Assembly (NCBI GenBank): GCA_965240325.2
Contig: OZ251229.1
Location: 2,480,001 to 2,544,000 of the forward strand
Reading direction: 5' to 3'
Source of the DNA: Rebecca billardiae RCC1528
Lineage: Eukaryota > Protista > Haptophyta
DNA: 64,000 nt
Made by a program: the position numbers and the translations under genes. Shown one piece after another: positions 1-9,377 of the stretch; positions within the stretch are counted from its first letter, which is position 1, and every line of letters begins with the position of its first letter. The notes under the pieces are model-generated. The model made no database searches. It had not been told where the DNA came from and worked only from the letters and a program-made list of their open reading frames with translations.

Positions 1-123
1 ATCATCAGCCTTCGGGAATTGGGAGTAGCTATTGGCCTTTTGCCCTCTGGCGAGCCAGTTGTGCGCAAGCACTTGAGCAGGCCTTGAGCAGGCTCGAGGC
101 CACTTTTCTGCGCTCACGTGGAC

Positions 124-1020
124 ATGATGCCGAGCACGTCAGCTGGCGACGCCGACGAGGACCGCGCTCGCCGCGTATTGAACGTGCTGCTCGATTCCGG
201 GGCAGTGAAGAAGGTGGCTAAGAGCACGCTCCAGAGCATCGCTGCTGCCATCTCAGTCGTGAGGCACAAGCAGGACGTGCCCTCTGCGGCGGTGAAGTAC
301 AACGTGCCCAAATGGTCGATCTACAACTTCGTTCGCAAGGTCCGCACCGTGCTGGAGGACGAAGGCGCAATCGGCAGGGGGAGCGCGACGCGACTGATCA
401 CCGACTTCACCACGCGCCCCGCAGGCCAGCTCCCTCCCTCCTCCTCACCCGGCCCAACAGCTGGCAGCCGCTTTGCGGCACTCGCCGCGCTCGACGGGGA
501 AATGCCCGCTGCAGAGAAAGCACAGCCGCAGCGGGGGCGCCCGGCCGGCTCGCTCAGCCTGCTGGGCACGCTCAACCTAGGCGTCACGTGCTACCTCGGC
601 TCGCTGCTGGCGGCGCTGCTCGCGTGCCCTTCCATCGTCTCGCTCGCCACATCTGCCGCGGCTGAGCAGTCCACCAACCCCATCGTGTCCCGAGCATGCG
701 CTCGCTGGCGCTCGCGCATGTCAACTGCGAGTGGCCCAGCGAGGTGGGGCCGACGCGTAGCTTGCTCGAGCCGCTTAACGACGCGATCGCGGAGGTCTGT
801 CGGTGGACAACGGCGTTTGGGCAGCAGCAGCAGGACGCGTGCGAGGTGCTGTACAAAATCATATGGAGGCCCTGGCTGGCTGCGACGAGGCGTGCTCATA
901 CCTTGGCTTGCTCGAGTGCCTCGGTCAGCTGGCGAGCGAGCAGCCCTCGCAGCAGCAGCGCGTGCCGACGCCGACGATCTCGCAGCAGCAGCGCGTGCCG
1001 ACGATCTCAGTCGGCCATGA
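124..1020 (+). pseudogene. Frameshifted HTH (pipsqueak-like) + ubiquitin-specific protease (peptidase C19) fragment
   Basis: N-terminal IAAAISVVRHKQDVPSAAVKYNVPKWSIYNFVRK resembles a psq-type HTH. GTLNLGVTCYLGSLLAALLACP (~565-630) matches the USP Cys box GLxNxGNTCYxNSxLQxL. After a frameshift near 695, FGQQQQDACEVL (~817-850) matches the USP QQDAxE motif. A second shift is likely near 860. No His box seen. Confidence 0.6.
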
Positions 1021-1155
1021 CTTCGACTGTACACAATCGGCGCCTCGCCGGCGGCTGCGATGGGCCCGTCCGGCCGCGCGGCGGGCGGCGGCGCGCCGCT
1101 GGATGGAGTCTACTCGCTGCCGGGCTCGCGGCCGGGCGGGCCCACTCTCGATCGC

Positions 1156-1250
1156 GACGGAGGGTGCGACGGAGGGTGCACCGCCACCGCGGGCCCCGAA
1201 CTACGTTCGTTCTACGGAAAAGGACCGCGGAACGCGGTCATATATATATA
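1156..1250 (-). mobile_element. Terminus of a hairpin-ended element; same end as 1928 and 58581 in opposite orientation
   Basis: The reverse complement TGACCGCGTTCCGCGGTCCTTTTCCGTAGAACGAACGTAGTTCGGGGCCCGCGG is nearly identical to 58581-58634 and similar to 1928-1983. It directly abuts (TA)n. Confidence 0.8.
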
Positions 1251-1251
1251 G

Positions 1252-1319
<68 letters not shown>
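1251..1319. repeat. (TA)n microsatellite
   Basis: About 33 TA units with one GC interruption. Confidence 0.98.
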
Positions 1320-1321
<2 letters not shown>

Positions 1322-1927
1322 AAACAAAGCAGCTGCTGGTCGTGGCAATGTGCGGCTCGGGCGTGCGGCGGTAGGCGCGCAGCCGAGCGGCTTGCTGAGA
1401 CGAGTTGGGCATCCTCTGCTGGAGGTCGAGGCGATAGGTGTCTCGGGCGCGCAGCTGTTGTGCGCTGCCGAGTCCTACCTCGCGCGGATCGAGGAGCGAG
1501 GTGCGCGCCGATGATGCCCGCTGAATGCCCCCTTTTGGGGCTCCGACGAGGCGGCAAGAGCCAGAGCAGCTCGCCTTGTAACGAAGTGGAATGGCTCGGG
1601 GGCGCCCGAGAAGCCACTCTCACTCCAGGTGATGTAGCAGCCAGCCGTGTACCCGTAGAAGGTTCATGACGAATTCTGCGAGCTGGGTGCAACAGAGTGA
1701 GAGGCCACACGGCGAGCCCCGCCGTCACGCAGCAGCTCGTACACACTCAGTTATTGTACCAATAACAGGCCACATATATAACTACGACTACTGATCGGTC
1801 GCCCCGCGCCGCATGCAATTGCAAGCAGTGACGATCAGCCCCGGCGCTCTCACTCTGCCGCGGCGGCTCTGCCGCGCGGCGCAACTATAGTACTATTAGA
1901 CTATACTACTCATCTTATAATCAGTTA

Positions 1928-4113
1928 TGACCGCGTTCCGCGGTCCTTCCGTAGAACCAACGCAGAACTTTAGGGGCCCGCGGTGTACCCTCCGTCGGCT
2001 GCTGTCAGTCTGACATGCGTAACAGTCGCCTGAGCTGCCACCGCCAACTCAGTTGCCGCCCACCGGGCCGGCGGGCCGAGTCACTGTCGCCGACGCCGAC
2101 GCGCCGCCCGGGCCGCGCGGGGAAGCGGCCGCCGTGGCGCGGGCCGGCGCGTGCGCGCGTGCGGGCGCACCTGCTTGAGGTGCTCGCGCTGCGCCATGCG
2201 CTCGACGACGGGCCGCTGGTCGCTCAGCCGGCTCGCCTCGTGCCGGCAGAGCGAGAGCGCGCGCCACGCGGCTGCCCCGGCCTGCCGCTGCGCAGCCGCG
2301 CACCGAGACCGAGCGGGAGCTCGGGGTGGAACGAGGCGAGCGGGGCGTCGCGCCTGCCGCCGCGCGTGCGCGCCTGCTCCACCGCGCCGCCGTGCTCGCC
2401 CGCCGCCTCCTCCGCCGCGTCGGCGGCCTCGAAGACGGCGGCGGCCAGCCAGCGGCAGGCAGTCGGAGCCCGTGCGCGCTCAACCGGCGCCGATCGCCTC
2501 GACGGCCGTCTACTCCACAGCTGGCTGCTCGAGCTGCTGCACGGGGCGTCGCGACGAGGGCGCCGCGCGCGCCCAGCGCGTCCGTCGCCGCGTCGCGCAG
2601 CGCGTCGAGCTCGGCGCCGCGCTTCGCCAGCTCGGCGCACAGCGCCTCCGCGCACACGTGCTGGCATGCAGCACGGCCTCTCTAGTCTCTGGCATCAGTA
2701 TCGCCGTCGACCGAGTTGAGGAGGAGCTCGCGCTCGGCGTCGAGGAGCGAGCTCGCGTGCTCGAGCTCGCCCTTCAGCTGCGCGAACTCCGGGCGCATCC
2801 GGCTCATCTCCGCTGCGTGGCTCCGGGCGCGCTCCGATCCTCAAGGCGTCGCCAACGAGCTCGTGAGCGTGCTCCGGACTCGGCTCGCCCTTGCGCGCTC
2901 CTCCTCGAGCGACGAACGCGCCCGCGGGCAGGCTGTTGACCGCCGCCTCCGCCGCGATCTCGCCGCCCCCGCCGCGATCTCGTCGCGCATGCTTTGCAGC
3001 GGGGCGCTGTGTGCGCGCCGTCGGCACGGCCTGGCGAGACTCTGAGGCGAGACCGCGGACCGAGACGCGCGCGACGCCTCGGGGAGAGCCGTCGGAGCGG
3101 AGCGCGAGGGCGAGAGCAGAGCGCGAGGGGGAGACCAGCGGCCGGCCGGCTCCCGCCACCGCGCGCGCACCGCGGCGTACGCGGCGCCGACACGCACGTC
3201 CCCGGCCAGGGCGCCGCAGCGACGAACGCGAACGAGCGAGCGAGCAGCCGTGGGGACTCGCTCGCTACTCGCTAGACGCTCGGGCAAAGACCCTCCGTGC
3301 TCGTTCGAATAAATATACGGGGCCGCGCGCGCGCCTGGCGGCTCCTGTTTAGTGAATAAGTAGCAAAACTTGATCACTTCCAAGTGCCCGTAGTGTGTGG
3401 CCTATGTTTCCAGCACCAAGTGATGCATCGGTAAATAACAGCGCGCCGCGCGCGCACGCAGTACGCCGACATGCAGTAGTTGAGGAGGACCCTGACCATG
3501 CACATCAACATGCACTTTCAAAAGGTTGCGCTTAGGCCCGGTTTGTAGGCGGGTAACTTGTTACGGTTTAACAAGCCGCCATAGGCGCCATTCAAAGAAT
3601 CTCGTTTCACATTAGTGCACAGGCGGTTCATCCATCGAGGCAGGCGGGTAATGTGGTTGAACAAGCGCTATTCAAAAGGATCTCTTTTAATATTATAAGG
3701 CGGTTCATCCATCGAGACAGGCGGGTAGGTGTTTAAACAAAGCGCTATTCAGAAGCATCTGGCCTCATAGCTGTTTTCGACCCAAAACAATCAAACGTCG
3801 CTCGGCAAACTCGTACTCCAGCATACAAGAATGACAAAAATACTCACTTGTTTCACCCCCGGGGTATCTGATCCCACGTCCGTCCATCGACTTATGCGGA
3901 ATGGCGTGGGCGCGCTTATTTCGTCAAGCGCGTAGTTGCTAATGCAGAGCACTATGGGCCAACGTACCCCTCGAAAAAGCGAAAACTCACCCTCCAACAC
4001 CCCTCAAAATCGTCCCCCGTCCCCTTTTCTTTGATCAAAAGATCTTTTTGACAACGTAGTGAGGGCCCCCGGCGGGGCTCCACGCTACGCGCTCCGCCCT
4101 ACACCGCGGGCCA
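1928..4113 (+). mobile_element. Non-autonomous repeat element, copy A (TA|TGACCGCG ... CCGCGGGCCA|TA)
   Basis: Colinear homology with 58581-60546 over the first ~1.1 kb and the last ~120 bp. Both copies share the same termini in AT-rich spacers. Contains a frameshifted minus-strand coiled-coil-like ORF remnant. Confidence 0.8.
3548..3760. repeat. Degenerate ~77-bp tandem repeat (about 2.5-3 units) inside element copy A
   Basis: AGGCGGGTA...AACAAGCGCTATTCAAA..ATCTC and AGGCGGTTCATCCATCGAG recur. Confidence 0.75.
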
Positions 4114-4277
4114 TAATAATCTAGCTTACAGATTCTTCATTCTACTCATACTGTAGTCGAGTAGTATAGTCGCGGGTCACGGCCGGCTGCCAAGCGCAGG
4201 ACGGTGCTAGCTATAGTGCTGCCACCATCAGCGCCTGCACTCGCAACAGCAGCGGCCGATGAAGCACGACCACGCGC

Positions 4278-6728
4278 TCATCGCAGACTGCTGGGCAGTG
4301 CTGTGACTTGGTCGTCGTCGTCGTCCGACGCCACCGAAGGGGGGCCGCGCGCCTTCTTCGCGGGCGACTCGCCGACAGCCGCGGCACCGTCGTCCTCACC
4401 AGCCGCCGCGTCGTCCGCATCAGCGGGCCGCGCCGCGGCCGGCATGGCGGCGGGGTCGGCGCCGAGCGTGCGCATGCCGGGCGTGAGCGTGGTCGTGCCG
4501 CCGGGCTCGTCGGCCGCCTCCGCCGAGCCGCCACCGCGCCGCCGGCTGGGCGGGGTGGCGGGCGCGCGTGCGTTGGCTGCGTCGACCAGCGCGCGCTGCA
4601 GCGCTGCCTCCACCTCCTCCGGCGCGCTCGCGCGCGCGAGCACGCCGCGCGCGCTCGCGGCCGCGAGCAGCGCCGCCCACGCCCCCTCGTGGGTGCGCGC
4701 GAGCTCCGACACCCTGCCCACCACGACCAGCAGGTGGCGGCAGCGCGAGAAGGCCACGCACAGCAGGTGCTCGTCCGCCGCGCGGCTGCGGCTCGATCGG
4801 CCGGACTGCCCCGTGGCGCACGGCGAGAAGAGGACGACGTCCGCCTCCGAGCCCTGCAGCCTGTCGACTGTGTCGACGCCGCAGCCGCGCTCGGCGTCGG
4901 CGCCTCCGTCGGCGGCCGCGTCGGCGGCCGAGGGCCGATCCCGCGTCGCGACGCTGTCCATCGGCACGCCGAGCGCCTTGGCGCGCAGGCAGGCGTTGTG
5001 CGCGTGGAACGGCGTCAGGATCAGCGGCGGGCTCCGCGCGGCGCCCTCGCCCGCGAGCGCCTCGGCGCCGCCCGCCTGGAGCCACTCGCGCGCGCGCAGC
5101 GCCGCCTCCGCCTCCTGCTCGTTGTACGACGAGCGCAGCGCACGCTCAAACGCGCTCCGGCCGAACTCGAGGTCGAGCACGAGGAGCGGCGAGACGGGCG
5201 CGGCGCGCGCCGCCGCCTCGCCCGCGTCGACGAGCCGCCCACCGTACCACAGCCCGGAGACGAGCTCGCGCAGCAGCGGCGGCATGCGGTGCTGCTCGCG
5301 CAGCAGCACGGACGGCACGCGCGCGCGCTCGGCCGACGACGCGTCGCGGCCGCCGCCGTCGGCGCCGCCGGCGCCGCCCCGCCCCGCCTGCTTGACAAAG
5401 CGCTCCTGCAGCGAGCGCCCAAAGCCGAGCGCGCGCATCCGGTCGCTCACGTACGGCTGCAGCTGCTGCGGGTCGCCCACGAGCACCAGCTTGCGCACGC
5501 GCGCGCACCGCCCCAGCGCCAGCAGCGTCTGCCCCTCGTCGATCGCCGCCGCCTCGTCCACCACCACCAGATCGAACGCCCACGCTTCGCCCGCGCAGGC
5601 CTCGCCCGCGCCGCCGCGGGCGGCGGCGGCGGCGGCCGCGCGCGGCTTGCTCGCGTGGTAGATGGTGCTGAAGACCAGCGGCCGACTCGCCAGCATCGCG
5701 CGCCCCTCCGCACTCCCCTCATCCGCGTACAGACCCAGCTCGAGCACTCCCCGCGACACATTCGGCCGGTACCCGGCGCGCGCCGCGTGCCCGGCCATCC
5801 CGGGGTCGCTCAGCGCGAGCTTTGCGAGCAGCTGGTCGATGGCGGGGTTGGAGTTGCACAGGACGAGCGCGCGCTCGCCGCGCGCGAGCGCGGCGCGCAG
5901 CACGCCCTGCGTGATCAGGTGGCTCTTCCCCGTGCCCGGCGGGCCCTGCACGCACACGACGCCCGCGGGCACGCTCCGCTCGAGCGCGAGCGCGCGCAGC
6001 TGGGAGCCGTTGAGCGCGCCGCTCAGCGCGGGCTGCGCGCGCAGCGCGTCGACGGAGGCGTCGAGCTCGGCGCGCGTGGGGAGCGGCGCGGCGGCCGGGT
6101 CGACGATCGCGCGCGCCAGCGCATCGTCGAGCTCCGCGCTCCTGAGCGCACGCAGCGCGCTCAGCTTCGTCTCCTCGAACGCGCACTGGCCGAGCGGGCG
6201 CGCGCGCAGCTCGCGCGCGCGCGAGGCGCGCAGGAGGGCGTCCGCGTCCTCCTGCCGGACGCGGAGCTGCGCGCCGCTCGCCTTGGACGCGCCGAGGCAC
6301 AGCCCGATGCACACCGCGGCGCTGCCGTCGAACAGCGCCACGACGTACTTGGAGAAGGACTCGCGGCCGGTCGGCCGCCTTTCAAACGCGCGGCTCAGCA
6401 GCTCGGCGAAGAGGCCGGTCTGGGGGCCCGGCGCGCGGCGCAGGCTGGCGCGCGCGAGGACGAGGCACTTGGGCGTCCCGCCACCGACCTCGCCCGCTGC
6501 CTCCTGGGCGCAGCGGAAGAAGGCGAACTCGAGGTCATCGCGCTTGTTCTGCGAGACCGCGTGCGCGAGCTCGTCGGCGAGCTCGGCGAGGGACGCGTAG
6601 CTGCCGGCGGCGCGGCGCTCGTCGGGCGCGGCCTCCGCGTCGGACGAGCCTTCGTCGCTCAGCCGCGCGCTCAGCTGGCCCGCGTCCATCGCGAGCACGA
6701 GGTCGTCCGCGAGCGGCGTTGCCGACAT
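4278..6728 (-). CDS. Superfamily-1 helicase, Upf1/DNA2/NAM7-like (AAA_11 + AAA_12)
   Basis: 816-aa ORF with LNGSQ, VQGPPGTGKS (Walker A), SNPAID, VVDEAA (Walker B), LVGDPQQL, LREQHRM, TVDRLQGSEAD and VAFSRCR. Confidence 0.9.
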   Translation of the reverse strand: MSATPLADDLVLAMDAGQLSARLSDEGSSDAEAAPDERRAAGSYASLAELADELAHAVSQNKRDDLEFAFFRCAQEAAGEVGGGTPKCLVLARASLRRAPGPQTGLFAELLSRAFERRPTGRESFSKYVVALFDGSAAVCIGLCLGASKASGAQLRVRQEDADALLRASRARELRARPLGQCAFEETKLSALRALRSAELDDALARAIVDPAAAPLPTRAELDASVDALRAQPALSGALNGSQLRALALERSVPAGVVCVQGPPGTGKSHLITQGVLRAALARGERALVLCNSNPAIDQLLAKLALSDPGMAGHAARAGYRPNVSRGVLELGLYADEGSAEGRAMLASRPLVFSTIYHASKPRAAAAAAARGGAGEACAGEAWAFDLVVVDEAAAIDEGQTLLALGRCARVRKLVLVGDPQQLQPYVSDRMRALGFGRSLQERFVKQAGRGGAGGADGGGRDASSAERARVPSVLLREQHRMPPLLRELVSGLWYGGRLVDAGEAAARAAPVSPLLVLDLEFGRSAFERALRSSYNEQEAEAALRAREWLQAGGAEALAGEGAARSPPLILTPFHAHNACLRAKALGVPMDSVATRDRPSAADAAADGGADAERGCGVDTVDRLQGSEADVVLFSPCATGQSGRSSRSRAADEHLLCVAFSRCRHLLVVVGRVSELARTHEGAWAALLAAASARGVLARASAPEEVEAALQRALVDAANARAPATPPSRRRGGGSAEAADEPGGTTTLTPGMRTLGADPAAMPAAARPADADDAAAGEDDGAAAVGESPAKKARGPPSVASDDDDDQVTALPSSLR

Positions 6729-6859
6729 CGCGACGTGCAGCGCGGAGGTCCTCCGTCCCTGGTGCGCCGCCGCCCGGCCGCCGCCCCGCCGGCCCTTGGA
6801 GGGGCCCAGCAGCCGGCCGTGTGCATCGTGTGGCGTGGGCGTGTGGGGCCGCTGGCGTC

Positions 6860-9080
6860 ATGGCGGCAGGAAGAGGACGCGCCGCGAAAGGCGCGGTGGT
6901 GCTTCTCCTCGGCCTCGCGGCCGCGTCGCGCGCGCAGCCGTGCGCCGACGTGGCCGCGTACTACGCCGACGTCAACGCGTCCGCGTCGGCGGCGCTGCAC
7001 TCGGCGCTGCACGCGCTGATTGCCGGCCACCGCGTCGTGCCGTACTCGGGCACGTACGACGCGCTCGGCGCGCTCGACGCGCTGCCGGGCGACCCGAGCC
7101 TCGTGCGCACGATCTACGGCAGCCCGATGCCTCGCGCGGCGCAGTACGACGGCGGCCACGGCTGGGACCGGTGCGCCGCCGCCCGCGGGCGGGCGGCAGC
7201 GCGGCGCGAGCGGCGCGCGCGCCGCCCCTTCGCCCGGCGCTCGACGCGCGGCGCGCGCGCGCGCCCACCCGATCCCACCCCACCCCCGTGCGCGGCGCGC
7301 GCGCAGCGAGCACTCGTGGCCCCGCTCGCTCGGCGTCGGCTCCTCCGGGCCGGACGCCTCCGACCTGCACGCCCTCTTCCCGTCAGCCGTCGCGCTCAAC
7401 GCTGCGCGCGGCAACAAGCCGTACTGCGATTGCGCGGCCGGGCTGGGCGGCGGCTTGGAGGGCTTGGAGGGCGGCGGGGCGGGGTGCGCGTCGCCGGCGC
7501 ACCCGCTCGCCGCGCCGACGAGCACCGCCTCCGCCTCGTGCTGGGCGCCGCCGCTCGACCGCCGCGGCGACGTCGCGCGCGCGCAGCTGTACATGGCCGT
7601 GCGGTACGACGGTGCCGAGCGCGACACGACAGAGCTGAGCCTGCGCGGCGCGAACGCGAGCGGGGTGCTCGCCGAGCTGCTCGCGTGGCACGCGGCGGAC
7701 CCGCCGGACGCGCGCGAGCGCGAGCGCAACGCGCGGATCTGCGCGGCGTACCAGGCCAACCGCAACCCCTTCGTCGACCACCCGGAGTGGGCGGCGTGCG
7801 CGCTCGGCGCCGCCGCCGAGTGCGCGGCCGCGAGCGCAGCGCCGCCGCCGCGCGCGCCGCCGAGCCCGGCGCCGCCGCCCGCGCCGCCCGCGCCGCTCGA
7901 CGCGGCGGCGGGCGAGCTCGCGGTGATCGGCGTCAACTCGGGCGAGCCCGCCGAGCTCCTCCTCGTCGCGCTCGTCGACGTCCCGCCCAACGCCACCTAC
8001 TCGCTCACCGACGACGGCTGGCGCGCGGACGGCGGCGGCTGGCGGCGCTCGGGCTTCCCGACACACGCGTGGGGCGTGGGCGGCGAGGGGCTGCGCGCGG
8101 GCGAGGTGGCGCGCGTGGCGCTGCGCGGGCCGCGGCTCTCGCTCGGCGGCGGCGTGCTCTACGTCTACCGCGGCCCCGCCGACCGCCCCTCCTTCGTGTA
8201 CGCGGTGCGCACGAACGCGGACGGCTTCGACGTGGGCGGCGCGGACGCGGCTGACGACGGCTCGCGCGCGGGCGCGCTGCCGGCGGCGCTGCAGCCGGGC
8301 GTGACGGCGCTGGCGCTCGGGCGCGGGCAGGCGAGCGGCGCGTACGACGCGTACCTCGTCGGCGCGTCGGGCTCGCGCGAGCACCTCCTCACCGTCATCT
8401 CCAACCGCGACAACTGGCAGCGCTCGGTCGCGCGCGTCGTCTTGCTCGACGGCCTGCACTTCACGGTCGCGCCGCCGGCCGCGCCGAGCCGCCCGCCGCC
8501 GGCGGCGCCGCCCGCGCCGCCGGCGCCGCCGCTGCCGCCGGCGGCGCCGCCCGCGCCCGCGCCGCCGCCCGTGCCCTGCCTCCGCCCGTGGGAGCTCCTC
8601 GCCCACCCCGCCCCGCCGCCCGGCGCGCGCGTGTGCGTCGAGGGCGTGCTGACGGCGCTGCTGCCAGCGCTCGGCGAGGGCGGCCACCTGCTGCTGCAGG
8701 CGACGGACGCGGAGGGGCCGGCGGCGGGCGGCGGGGCGCGCAACCGCGGGCTGCTCGTGGACATGTACCTCGCGAGCGCGGCGCACGGGCCGCGCAGCTG
8801 GTACGACGCGCTGCGCGTCGGCACGCTCGTGCGCGCGCACGGCGCCGTGCGCCGCGGGTACGCGCACGCGCAGTGCGCGACGGTGCTGCAGCTTGAGGGC
8901 GGCGGCGACGCGTGCGCGGCGCTCGGCGGCGCGGGGCCGTGCGTGGGCACGCTGGACGGGGCGGACCGGCTGGGCGAGATCTCGCGCGTGCTGCTCGCGC
9001 CGCCGGGCGCGCCGCCCGACGAGCCGCCCGCCGGCACCGCTCGCTGGGCGGCGGTGGTCCAGTTCCCACTCGACGGCGGA

Positions 9081-9137
<57 letters not shown>

Positions 9138-9307
9138 CGCTCGGCGGGCGCGGGCGCGGAAGGCGAGTTGGCGTGCGCGTACGACCCGTCGTTCGAGCTC
9201 AAGTACCGCGACCTGCCGCCGAACTGGCACGACACGGTGCCCGCGGACAGCGCGGCGTGCATGCGCTCCTGTGCCCTCGCGCAGTTCGAGGGCATGCTCG
9301 TCACGCT

Positions 9308-9377
<70 letters not shown>

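Noticed and set aside
696-1746. ORFs containing IYIYIY runs
   Set aside because: They read through the (TA)n microsatellite and an element terminus; only the USP-like part before ~860 is meaningful.
1156-1997. The inverted pair 1156-1250 / 1928-1997 as TIRs of one 840-bp element
   Set aside because: Copy B shows that homology runs away from the TA tract to a distinct far end, so these are two elements back to back.
2015-3383. ORFs within element copy A (and 58668-59955 in copy B) as functional genes
   Set aside because: Frames are not conserved between the copies and there are multiple indels; at most a decayed coiled-coil gene.
3548-3760. Spaced repeats as a CRISPR array (also 60012-60273)
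   Set aside because: Degenerate tandem units without unique spacers, eukaryotic context, and no cas genes.
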